From: Amphiscolops sp. MND2022
Taxonomy: Eukaryota
DNA: 64,000 nucleotides
Reading direction: 5' to 3'
NCBI GenBank assembly: GCA_964187785.1
Contig: OZ076409.1
Span: 87,298,001-87,362,000, forward strand
The notes under the pieces are model-generated. The model made no database searches, was not told the DNA's origin, and saw only the letters and a list, made by a program, of their open reading frames with translations. The translations under genes were made by a program, and so were the position numbers. Of this stretch, positions 37,501 through 49,635 are shown piece by piece. How positions within the stretch are numbered: the first letter of the stretch is position 1; the number at the start of each line of letters is the position of its first letter.

Positions 37501-40500
37501 GAACCGGGGAAAAAGACGAAAGTGAAGAAGTAGACAGTCACGTTCCCCAAGGTACAATAAAATCCTATTGTTTTACTTATATCGTTTTTTCGACACACCA
37601 AATTGACTACTTGCCAAACGATTCCACTGATACTTATCAAAAAATTCGGAAAACATCCACCAATCATTGCAATATTTTTATCATGATATTGAAAGTTTTT
37701 GTTTCAGATTCCGACAGCAATGAAGAAGCCTTCCAGGATGAGAACCGTGAAGAAGACGAAAGTGAAGAAGAAGTAGACAGGCACGTTCCCCAAGGTACAA
37801 TAAAATCCTATTGTTTTACTTATACTCAATTTTCGACATACCAGTTCGACTACTCGCCAAACAACTCCACTGATACTTATCAAAAATTTTTGGAAAACAT
37901 CCACCAATCATTGCAATATTTTTATCATGATATTGACAATTTTTGTATCAGATTCCGACAACAATGAAGAAGCCTTCCAGGAAGAGAACCGGGGAAAAAG
38001 ACGAAAGTGAAGAAGTAGACAGGGACGTTCCCCAAGGTACAATAAAATCCTATTGTTTTACTTATATCGTTTTTTCGACACACCAAATTGACTACTTGCC
38101 AAACGATTCCACTGATACTTATCAAAAAATTTCGGAAAACATCCACCAATCATTGCAATATTTTTATCATGATATTGAAAGTTTTTGTTTCAGATTCCGA
38201 CAGCAATGAAGAAGCCTTCCAGGATGAGAACCGTGAAGAAGACGAAAGTGAAGAAGAAGTAGACAGGCACGTTCCCCAAGGTACAATAAAATCCTATTGT
38301 TTTACTTATACTCAATTTTCGACATACCAGTTTGACTACTCGCCAAACGATTCCACTGATACTTATCAAAAAAATTCGGAAAACATCCACCAATCATTGC
38401 AATATTTTTATCATGATATTGAAAGTTTTTGTTTCAGATTCCGACAGCAATGAAGAAGCCTTCCAGGATGAGAACCGTGAAGAAGACGAAAGTGAAGAAG
38501 AAGTAGACAGGCACGTTCCCCAAGGTACAATAAAATCCTATTTTTTTTACTTTTATCAATTTTTCGACAAACCAGTTTGACTACTTGCCAAAAGATTCCA
38601 CTGATACTTATCGAAAATATTCGGGAAACATCCACCAATCATTGCAATATTTTTATCATGATATTGACAATTTTTGTTTCAGATTCCGACAGCAATGAAG
38701 AAGTCTTCCAGGAAGAGAACCGTGAAGAAGACGGAAGTGAAGAAGTAGACAGGCACGTTCCCCAAGGTACAATAAAATCCTATTGTTTTACTTATATCGT
38801 TTTTTCGACACACCAAATTGACTACTTGCCAAACGATTCCACTGATACTTATCAAAAAAATTCGGAAAACATCCACCAATCATTGCAATATATTTATCAT
38901 GATATTGAAAGTTTTTGTTTCAGATTCCGACAGCAATGAAGAAGCCTTCCAGGATGAGAACCGTGAAGAAGACGAAAGTGAAGAAGAAGTAGACAGGCAC
39001 GTTCCCCAAGGTACAATAAAATCCTATTGTTTTACTTATACTCAATTTTCGACATACCAGTTCGACTACTCGCCAAGCGATTCCACTGATACTTATTGAA
39101 AATATTCGGAAAACATTCACCAATCATTGCAAAATTTTTATCACGATTTTGACAATTTTTGTTTCAGATTCCGACAGCAATGAAGCAGCCTTCCAGGAAG
39201 AGAACCGTGAAGAAGACGAAAGTGAAGAAGAAGAAGTCAGGCACGTTCCCAAAGGTACAATAAAATCCTATTGTTTTACCTATATCAATTTTTCGACATA
39301 CCAGTTTGACTACTTGCCAAACAACTCCACTGATACTTATCAAAAATTTTTGGAAAACATCCACCAATCATTGCAATATTTTTATCATGATATTGACAAT
39401 TTTTGTATCAGATTCCGACAACAATGAAGAAGCCTTCCAGGAAGAGAACCGGGGAAAAAGACGAAAGTGAAGAAGTAGACAGGCACGTTCCCCAAGGTAC
39501 AATAAAATCCTATTGTTTTACTTATATCGTTTTTTCGACACACCAAATTGACTACTTGCCAAACGATTCCACTGATACTTATCAAAAAATTTCGGAAAAC
39601 ATCCACCAATCAATTGCAATATTTTTATCATGATATTGAAAGATTTTGTTTCAGATTCCGACAGCAATGAAGAAGCCTTCCAGGATGAGAACCGTGAAGA
39701 AGACGAAAGTGAAGAAGAAGTAGACAGGCACGTTCCCCAAGGTACAATAAAATCCTATTGTTTTACTTATACTCAATTTTCGACATACCAGTTTGACTAC
39801 TCGCCAAACGATTCCACTGATACTTATCAAAAAAATTCGGAAAACATCCACCAATCATTGCAATATTTTTATCATGATATTGAAAGTTTTTGTTTCAGAT
39901 TCCGACAGCAATGAAGAAGCCTTCCAGGATGAGAACCGTGAAGAAGACGAAAGTGAAGAAGAAGTAGACAGGCACGTTCCCCAAGGTACAATAAAATCCT
40001 ATTTTTTTTACTTTTATCAATTTTTCGACAAACCAGTTTGACTACTTGCCAAAAGATTCCACTGATACTTATCGAAAATATTCGGGAAACATCCACCAAT
40101 CATTGCAATATTTTTATCATGATATTGACAATTTTTGTTTCAGATTCCGACAGCAATGAAGAAGTCTTCCAGGAAGAGAACCGTGAAGAAGACGGAAGTG
40201 AAGAAGTAGACAGGCACGTTCCCCAAGGTACAATAAAATCCTATTGTTTTACTTATATCGTTTTTTCGACACACCAAATTGACTACTTGCCAAACGATTC
40301 CACTGATTCTTATCAAAAAAATTCGGAAAACATCCACCAATCATTGCAATATATTTATCATGATATTGAAAGTTTTTGTTTCAGATTCCGACAGCAATGA
40401 AGAAGCCTTCCAGGATGAGAACCGTGAAGAAGACGAAAGTGAAGAAGAAGTAGACAGGCACGTTCCCCAAGGTACAATAAAATCCTATTGTTTTACTTAT

Positions 40501-43121
40501 ACTCAATTTTCGACATACCAGTTTGACTACTCGCCAAACGATTCCACTGATACTTATCGAAAATATTCGGAAAACATCCACCAATCTTTGCAATATTTTT
40601 ATCATGATATTGACAGTTTTTGTTTCAGATTCCGACAGCAATGAAGAAGCCTTCCAGGATGAGAACCGTGAAGAAGACGAAAGTGAAGAAGAAGTAGACA
40701 GGCACGTTCCCCAAGGTACAATAAAATCCTATTGTTTTACTTATACTCAATTTTCGACATACCAGTTTGACTACTCGCCAAACGATTCCACTGATACTTA
40801 TCGAAAATATTCGGAAAACATTCAATAATCATTGCAATATTTTATCACGATATTGACAATTTTTGTTTCAGATTCCGACAACAATGAAGAAGCCTTCCAG
40901 GAAGAGAACCGTGAAAAAGACAAAGTGAAGAAGAAGTAGACAGGCACGTTTCCCAAGGTACAATAAAATCCTATTGTTTCACTTATATCAATTTTACGAC
41001 ATACCAGTTTGACTACTTGCCAAACGATTCCACTGATACTTATCAAAAAAATTAGGAAAACATCCACCAATCATTGCAATATTTTTATCACGATATTGAC
41101 AGTTTTTGTTTCAGATTCCGACAGCAATGAAGCAGCCTTCCAGGAAGAGAACCGTGAAGAAGACGAAAGTGAAGAAGAAGAAGTCAGGCACGTTCCCAAA
41201 GGTACAATAAAATCCTATTGTTTCACCTATATCAATTTTTCGACATACCAGTTTGACTACTTGCCAAACGACTCCACTGATACTTATCAAAAATTTTTGG
41301 AAAACATCCACCAATCATTGCAATATTTTTATCATGATACTGACAATTTTTGTATCAGATTCCGACAGCAATGAAGAAGCCTTCCAGGATGAGAACCGTG
41401 AAGAAGACGAAAGTGAAGAAGAAGTAGACAGGCACGTTCCCCAAGGTACAATAAAATCCTATTGTTTTATTTATATCATATTTTCGACATACCAGTTTGA
41501 CTACTTGCCAAACGACTCCACTGATACTTATCGAAAGTATTCGAAAAACATCTACATATCATTTAAAAAACTTTATTATGATATTGACAATTTTTGTTTC
41601 AGATTCCAACAGCTACGAACAGGTTCAAGCAGAAGATGAAGAAGTTTCTCTGGTTGCATTTGTGGATGAAGCAGAGCGTCATGAGTTGTTGGATGTAATC
41701 AGAGATTATTCCGCTTCCGAGATGCGAGTTGCTGCACCAATGTTACAAGCAGCGAAATAGAGGAAGAGCTGCAGCGGAAAAGAGCCTGTCTAGTTCGAGG
41801 ACATATGGATGGCATAAAATTGCCCAACATTGACTTTGGAGCTCGGGGAAACATCTTCGAAGACTGCCTATACGGAGAAGATATACAATTATCTGTCCAA
41901 ATGTACAAACCTGTAATTGTACGTTTTTGGCGTCGTCTTTTTAATTTCACCAAAGAAAACCGAATATTAAAAAATAATAGGGTTTTTATATTTTAAAACC
42001 AAAATATTAGGTCTTCGAGTGTATTATTTTTTCATATACAACACATGTCTATTTCAGCTGCAAAAACTTCTGTGTTTAACACTCTCTGGAAAAGATTTTG
42101 TAAATGCCATTGAGTTTGGAGCTATGAGCGGCCCAATGAATGTCCTCGATCTTAGCTCTAGTCTCACGAAGAACTTGCCTTTCGATGTACCAAAGGCAGT
42201 TAAAGAACTTTCAGTGTCTCATTTACTTAATTTTGAGCTGGAGCAAAATTGCTAAATTCTTCTCAGTCAAAAAGGTTCCATTACACCTTGGCATGTTGAC
42301 TACACGAATACCAGCGTCTTTTACCATCTTCTTCACGGTAGAAAAGAGTTTTTCATGATTCCTGGAACAGTTCGAAACCAAGAAATTCTTGAGAATTGGT
42401 GCATTGAGGTAACAAAACAAAATGTTTTCCTACCAAGTGACACCCTCCTCCAAAGTCAAGTGTTCAAAATGACGATAAGAGGCGGCGAGTCATTAATCAT
42501 GCCAGCAGGCATGATACATATGGTCAGAACCTGTGCGGACAGCGTGGCCGTGGGATTCAATTTTATCACCATATGTGAACTGGGTAATTATGAAATTCGG
42601 TTTTCATATAAAATTGTTTCTCAGTTGTTTGTTAGAAGAGATAAAAGGTAAAAAGCAAAAAAAATCAAAAAAATCTTTATTTTTAAAATTAAAATCGGAT
42701 TGAGTTAATTTTTCATAAAAATCGGATTTTAATCCATCCATGTGTTCAAGGCAGTTTTACTAATGCTTGTGCATATATGTTTTTAGACACGACTTTGACT
42801 GTTTACCAGAGGGAACGGGACAAAGATGATCCTCTTGAAAACTGTTTCCCACATTTCCTATCGTTAATGACGAAAATGTAACTAGAGAGTACCATTGGGA
42901 ACTGCAGGCTATTGAAATGGGAGTTTCTGGCCGAGGCACTACATGTCCTCAGCTTCCATTCCAAAAATGACAGCCGATCCAAGAGCAATCGGCGAAAGTT
43001 TGTGCAAACTATCAACCGGTACATGTCGGTCAATTTCCCAAACAGGAACATATCATTAAGTCACTTATTTCAAATTGTTGACAAAAAGCTCTGTCGAAAC
43101 ACTTTTTGCTCTCTTGGTTGA
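28585..43121 (+). pseudogene. Multi-exon JmjC histone demethylase-like gene (KDM2/KDM7-like) with a giant acidic repeat region; several nonsense/frameshift lesions
   Basis: 5' part 28585-29298, then the micro-exon array, then exons from 41603, ~42058 and 42787. At 42256-42582: ILLSQKGSITPWHVDYTNTSVFYHLLHGRKEFFMIP...GESLIMPAGMIHMVRTCADSVAVGFNF (HxD...H triad, T and K 2-OG ligands). Next exon VYQRERDKDDPLENCFPHF. In-frame TAA at 42253. Confidence 0.85.
29211..41602 (+). repeat. Tandem array of ~51 units of 241-244 bp, each an 84/87-nt phase-1 exon plus a ~157-nt GT-AG intron
   Basis: Unit tttcag|ATTCCGACAGCAATGAAGAA...CACGTTCCCCAAG|gtacaa; first intron 29299-29455; last acceptor at 41602. Confidence 0.93.
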
Positions 43122-43560
43122 TTAGTTCGTTGAAAACCATTTTCGAGATAAAATTTTTTGTTTTACATATTCTTAACCTTTATTTTTTAAATTCATTTCA
43201 TTGTATTAATATATATCATTATAAAACCTCGAAACTTGTTTTCAGCGAAGTATTTCAGCACTTGATGTAATTTCACATTTTTCTGCAGTCCCCAAGAAGT
43301 GAAATCAGGCGAAGTTTACTGTAACACTTTAGAGTTATGAATTCCAGTTCTTGGTCTTCGAAAGATTTGGTTTTATTCTGCCTTTTCTGTTTTTATGTAG
43401 TATTTTGCGCTGCTATTTTTTGCTACGTTTATATTTTGAATTTGTTTAGAATAATTCGAATGATTCAATTAAATTTTGACCATAAAAACAGGTAAAAACA
43501 AATTTTTATTGTTTGAATCAAAGTTTTCACGATTTATCAATTATGATTATCAAATGATTC

Positions 43561-44219
43561 TCAGTCTGATGGGTCTGAGGATGATTCATCGTGTTCTTTC
43601 TGAGCGTCATTCATTTTGTCTTGTTCACGCTTCTTCAGCATTTCTCGTCGTTTACGAAGTACCGATGTTATATCTGGAGTTGTGTTTTGTAGTTCGGGAT
43701 TCCTCTGAAGAAGGAAAATTTTGCGATGATCACGAACAGAAGTTGATGGGATGTCTGGCCCTGCTTTGAACGCAAAAGACTCCACATCCAAAATTGTTGA
43801 AGTTGCGATACATTCCAAAATATAGTCAACGGATAGAAACGTAAGTCCACAACTGGCCAAGTGTCGTAAAACGTAACTGGTTCGACTTGGTTCATTTAGT
43901 TTCCTTTTTTTGCATTTTCCTTTGGCCATAACTTCTGTCACTTGTGGCAAAGTTTCACACGACGTTGTTGCACTAATAAGATCTGTGTCATTTTGTAGAA
44001 CCACGTAAATGTGTGGCAACTTGGAGTGTCTGGAGAGGAGAGTATTCAATGCTGCTCGTTCTAGAACTTTCCCTCCCGCTTTTTTGATAACTTTTTTGAG
44101 ACACTCAGCGGGTCCAAGAGTTTTTCCATCTTGGTTTTCATGTTGAATTCGTTGCTCTTTATTGAATTTCCCGTGCAGAAAGAATCTCGATCCTGGAGCA
44201 AACGGAAATATGTTTAGTT
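43561..44219 (-). CDS. BRCT-domain exon (possibly the 3' exon of the transposase gene)
   Basis: After a ccacag acceptor: FPFAPGSRFFLHGKF...LKKVIKKAGGKV...FLSVDYILECIATSTILDVESF, matching the BRCT pattern F.G..F.L.G.F / L..LI...GG.V / VS..WI.eC. Confidence 0.7.
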
Positions 44220-45211
44220 CTGTGGAAACAATTGGTTATATACCGAACTTCGAATATGTAACAACAGGTTTCTAAGGTGGTCCTTCCATTTGCCGAACGT
44301 GCTTATTGCCGTATAATTTTAAGACGGTTTTGCATGTACAGTAGTGATAATATTGAAAACTTAGTATTTTCGAAAACGTCTAATTTTACAACGTGTTTTC
44401 ATTGAGACTTTAAAATAATTTCTCAATCAAAAGATATCAAGTGCTTCAGTTAAATCAGGGAGGTCAATTGAACATAAAATGTTTCAAAAATTTTGATCAA
44501 AACTAAATCAAAAGTCAGAAAAACCTCAATATATAAACTAGATAAAAATCCTAGAAATTTGTTCACGTTCATAATTTTTCAAAACTCACTGCTTTTTGAT
44601 AGATATTCAGTTTTGAATTTTGCTTTTTGTTGCTTTTAATAATATCACTTTTGTATTCAGTTTTAATTGCTACGATCGTTCTGAACAGGTATGTAATTGC
44701 ATCATTCAAAACTCACTGTTAAGCGAAAAACTAATTGCAAATAATAGGTTGAAAACATAAAAATAAGTAGATTGAGATTGGACTTCTTTCTCCGCCAGAG
44801 AGAATTCGAATCTCAATCTACTCACTAATTGCTACAGTTGTTGAATGCGCGGTCGTCACCGGCAATCGACATCTTTGGCAAGTAATATCAGCCAATGGCT
44901 ACCACACACAATACCAGACACAATACCAGCCACTGGCTACCGGAGGCTGCACCAACAGCGGCGCAGAGAAGCGAACCTGTATACCAAGAGAGAACGAGCG
45001 GCGGAACGACGCACGAAGTAACCACCACGCCAGTGGTACTTGAAATCTGTTGCTGTTTTGAGGAATTATTTCATCCGAGTAACTTAAGACTAGTATTTGT
45101 CAACGTGAACATTAAGCAAAACTCAAGTCAAAAATTTGTTCAACGATCCACTACATTTATTGCGGAGTCGCAAGAAAAGCAAAATTCACACTATATTGTT
45201 AGTTTATCCAA

Positions 45212-47636
45212 CTAAAATTCGCTAAATTTAAACCACTTAGGTTTCATAACCACAAAAGCTGGACGTGGGATTATAGGTACAAAAAAACCCTTACCCGAGA
45301 AAAGGCGGGACTTCTCTCGAACTCTTCCAACGGGAATGATGGCTTTCTCAATTGGTCCCAGGGAGTCCAAAAAAGAAAGGTTCACCTCTATGGGTTCATT
45401 AAAAAGCCGTTGATGGCAAAGTGAGAGCTGTTCGTCGATGGTGCCTTCCAAAGTCGAAAACCGGAGACCAGAACAGAAAGTGAAAAACAGTTCGAGAAAC
45501 ATCGGGTCGGCGTGTCGAACTGTCCCTCCCCCTCGCATGGTCTTTTGCTGAAAGTCTCTATAGACATGATGATTTGATTTTTCGGGGCCTTCGCACAGGT
45601 GGTTAAAGGGTGATTCAATTTAGCCTCCTTCTAACAGCTGGGGAATCAGGCACAGTTTCAGTCTGTACGGTGTCAAACCTAGTTTTACATCGAACAGTAC
45701 AATCGAAATGTGATAGTGGATTTCTGACCACAATTTATAGTCGGAAAAGTCCTGTTCTTCGAATTTTTTCCTCGTCCTCATCAGCACGGTAAGCTGATTT
45801 AGTGACTTTCTCCAGAGCTCAGCTGCAACCAAAAGTTTCATTTGACATGGGCTCTCGATATTTGTAAATGAATTGGGATGAAGATTTTTCAACACATTCA
45901 TGCTTGCACTTTTTGTACCCGACAAGGCTCCAACAGTCTTGTTCTCGGAAAAAACTCCTTCGAACAGTACATGCTGAACACCAGCCTCAGCAAGTTTGTA
46001 CATATCAGCAATGCCAGTGATAGCTTCTCTGCCACTAAGGGAAATGGGAGCACATTTTTTGTTGCGTTTGTCAATGTCAAATTCGAAGCCAGGCTCTTTC
46101 CAACCTCTCTCGGTCAAATTGCGCTGAAAATTTTCCCTAATATAATCAACCGTAGCTGAGTCATCTTCAGATTGGAGAATTTTCAACTCCATGAACTTTC
46201 TAATGTCTCCCTCGACACACCTTGTTATTGCATGAGTGCCGTCGGGACAAACGCATCTGATGTCTGGCAAAAACGTCAAACTTTCAGGAGGAATGGTGGT
46301 TCGAAATGGTAGGCGAACATCACCTCGATGTCCATTTTTTTCGTGCACGGTTTCTGGTTTAACTGAATCGTCATTCTTAAGATACATCTGCAATTTTGAT
46401 GGATTTTCTTCACTCTCCTTGTGATCAACAGATGTTCCGATGAGAAGGCGATTTAGGAATGGTTGATCTCCACTGTATGTTAAAAGGACTCCGGCGTCAT
46501 GGAGTTGTTTCGTTTGCTGGTAAAGCCAAGAGGAATCTTGCTTACCTAGTTCCAGGTACACGACATTTTGCTCTAGCAACCAACGACCGTCGTGACCTGT
46601 TGTACGTATTGTAAAATGTGCGAAGCTAACCTAGAACTAAATTAAATTTTGGGATTCAGCAGGACAAAATAGCAGAACATACCTTGGAAAACAGCAAAAG
46701 AGAAGAGTGCATCTGATGACTGATTGCTGATAGATGTTCCTTCTAGAAAACGGAAGGCCATTCGAGTTTAATCCTTTTTCCCTATTTGAACACCTTCTCC
46801 CCAAATATCAACTTCCAGACCTTGCAAATCAGTTCTTTCTTTGAACAGAATGAATGTCATGACTTTGATATCACGTACAAGATCAATTCTGAATCCCGAG
46901 AAATTGTTTTTTATTTTGAATAGGGATATACACTTTGAAATCATCGGTTTCGACATCTCTCTGATCGCCGTATACCCAGGAATTAGTTGTTTTTGACCCA
47001 GTCCATCGACATGGAAAGTTTTTTTTCAGCGTGTTGATCATATTTATCCAACTACCAGTTTTAGTACAGATAAATATGTCTGACTTCAGCTTTTCGTACG
47101 ATAAATAGTTGAAAAAACACCCTTAACCAGAGCCTTGGCTTCAAATTGATACAGAGAGTTCTTCTGCTTTTTAGCATGAATCCGCTTTTGTTCTGTAGCT
47201 GCTAATGTTGCGAGAATTGAATCTTCTGACTGAAACCTGATTCAGGTTGAGAAAACTGCTCCACTGGGATTGTTGGCATTGAAAGTAGATTGACAAAAGG
47301 TTGTGAGTCGGGAATTAGCTGCGGCGTATTTGGGAAAAAGTAGGACACGTATCTTCTTCGTAATTGTGTCCATGGAAACGCACTTTGTAAATCACGAATA
47401 ATTATTATTTGCAATATTCCAATAGCAACAAAGCAAGATTTTCGTTTGTTTATTACACAATCGTCGAGTTTTAATTCAGTTCCTTCAATTACTATTTCGA
47501 TCGCGCTTTTCAGTTTTCGCGATTTTTCTCTTATAATATGCCCAGCAAAAACATCCAAAATTTTAGCATCCACGAAACTTTTTCCATCAATTGTTTCAGT
47601 GTAATCGTGCAGAAGCTTTTCGGGGTGTATTGTCAT
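45212..47636 (-). pseudogene. RAG1/Transib/CMC-like DDE transposase, one intron (46597-46682), several in-frame stops
   Basis: Ordered motifs: VDIWGEG (first acidic residue, D>E), YSGDQPFLNRLLIG (second D), CPDGTHAITR (DxxH), ISLSGRE, LTPY, then through the TAA at 45620 HLCEGPEKSNH..DFQQKTMRGGG (cf. RAG1 ASEGNESGNK). Confidence 0.72.
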
Positions 47637-48068
47637 CCTGATTGTCGTACGTCGAAAGTTATATTGGAAGTTAATCTAGTAGTTGTTGTTTTTTCAAAAA
47701 CGTATTGACACTTTAACGTTTCCACACTAGCGTTTCCATTCTTGAAATGCGTCTGCTGGTTGGCAAAGCGTTTGACAAAAAATTATAAAATTATCGTGCT
47801 ACGTTTTTGATGTTCCTTGCAAAAGTGTCTGGGGGCTTATTGTCATTTAGAATGCGTCTGACAATTAATTAATATGCGTCTGACAATTAAAATTCATCTG
47901 TATGTAACGATTTGGGTCGATCAAACTCACTTGATAATCATTTGTCCCGATAACAATTTAATTTGCTCAAACCTACTTGATAAACATTAGTGGCAAATGC
48001 AATACTGAAAATACTCGTTTGAGAAAATACATTTCTTGAAAAATAAAGCACTAATTTCATTAATTGAA

Positions 48069-49635
48069 ATGGATTTCATCAGTGTTTTTGATATGAAAGA
48101 GCAAGTTCAAGTTTTGGATCCTGCAACAAAAAATTGGGAAGAAGCTTGCATCATTGGGTTCGAAGGATCATTTGGAATCCGAGTAAAATACCTCAATTGG
48201 CCAGATAAACTTGTGAAGCGCTTCGGATCAGACAGAATTGAAGTGTCCCCCAACACACCCTAAAACTGCTGGCCGGTTAGAAAATGTATAGTACTACAAG
48301 ATGTCCGCGGTCGCCGGAAATCCAAGAAGCAAGCAAAAACCGTTTTTGACAACAACGACCCAAAAAGCGCCAACTAGGGGACAGAATCTTTTTCACTGGG
48401 ACATCCCGGAAATCACCAGCGGACATACCTAGTTTAGAAGAAGTTAGAAAGGATGCCGAGGAGTCGAAGCTGCTGAACTCGGGTTATGTTGTCATGAATG
48501 ACCCATTCCAGCAAAATATGGCTGTTTCCTTCGACGGGCGCACAAAGGACATCCAGTTCATCGACTATGAACAAGTTCGTCCGAAGAACTGGACTCGTCC
48601 TGACACGAGGCAGCCTTCAGAGTTTGATTCGGAGCCCGAAGATGTCCAACCATCGCGGCAAAAAAAAGAGAGTAGTAGAAACAGATGCAGAACCAGAACC
48701 CACTATAACTTCTCCTAAACAGAAAATTGATATTGCCGCATATATTGCGAGTCTTGCCGAGAAAGACGAACTTCTGGACATTGTACCCTGCGAAAATGGT
48801 ATTGCATCAGCAGGTATATGATCAATTTGATTAATACTAGTCTAACCTCTACTGTACTAAAAAAAATCAAACAAAAAACTGAAAGCAAGTTTTTTGCCAC
48901 GAGCGTCCCCTCGAAAAATTTACATGCTTATAGAAACTTTGTCGCATAAATCTTTCTCAAGTGGTTAATAAATTATTATTACTAAATGAAATTAAATATT
49001 CGCATTCTGTTATTAGGTGACCACGTTACGATAAACATTAGGAGCACGGTCTTCACGATGAAATTGTAGAAGATATGGTTCGACGTGGAGATGAAGAAGG
49101 CCATGGCGAAACTGGTCGATGAAAAAGACAGATGCTACTCCTAAACTTACCCAGCTGTAAAGCTAGTGTTGACAGAAGCAAACTACATGAAGCAGAAAGC
49201 TCTGGACTTGTCCGCAGCTTGTTCACCTGTGAATAGAGCCTTTCATTACGTGTCAGCGCTGAAAGGTTTGGTCGGGATATCCCCGTCGAAACGCACAATG
49301 ATGAATCAAGACATTTGCTTGGTTGACGAAATTTCCAAAATATCTTTTTGATGGGTTCTGGACAACAAGTCAAATTTCATATAGATCCTGACTCAGAAAA
49401 GTTCCACAAAAATGCAGAATGGGACAGTACCCTAGGCCGACAATGGGATATGCTCCCACCAATCTTCGCTAAAACTTTCTGCCACATTATCAAAAGCCTA
49501 CAATTTTCAATTAACAACGATTTTCTGCTAAAAACTGTGCGAGTATCTATCGATTGTTTCCAGGACAATTTAAATGGCGATGACGAATATCGTCGTTCAG
49601 CAGCCAATAATTGCAGAAGTCAGGTTAGTTTTTAA
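48069..49635 (+). pseudogene. Multi-exon gene with N-terminal Tudor/chromo-barrel (Royal family)-like domain, decayed
   Basis: FDMKEQVQVLDPATKNWEEACIIGFEGSFGIRVKYLNWPDK fits the pattern F..GE.V.V.D....W..A.I......V.V.Y.GW; downstream fragments 48494-48821, 49166-49351, 49348-49635 with a GT..AG intron at ~48814-49016. Confidence 0.55.

Noticed and set aside
29211..41602. CRISPR-like array, or ~100 separate small genes suggested by the ORF track
   Set aside because: Units are homologous over their whole length with no unique spacers; the ORFs are read-through of exon+intron units; the context is eukaryotic
25487..43121. SET/JmjC genes as native Polinton cargo
   Set aside because: They lie inside separate 18-bp TIRs that split a Polinton ORF, and they contain introns unlike the compact Polinton genes
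19730..47204. Alternative genetic code or stop read-through to explain in-frame stops (19730 TAG, 42253 TAA, 45620 TAA, 47202 TAG)
   Set aside because: The same elements also have frameshifts and a mutated Walker A, and the host ACSL gene ends normally at TAG; ordinary pseudogenisation is simpler
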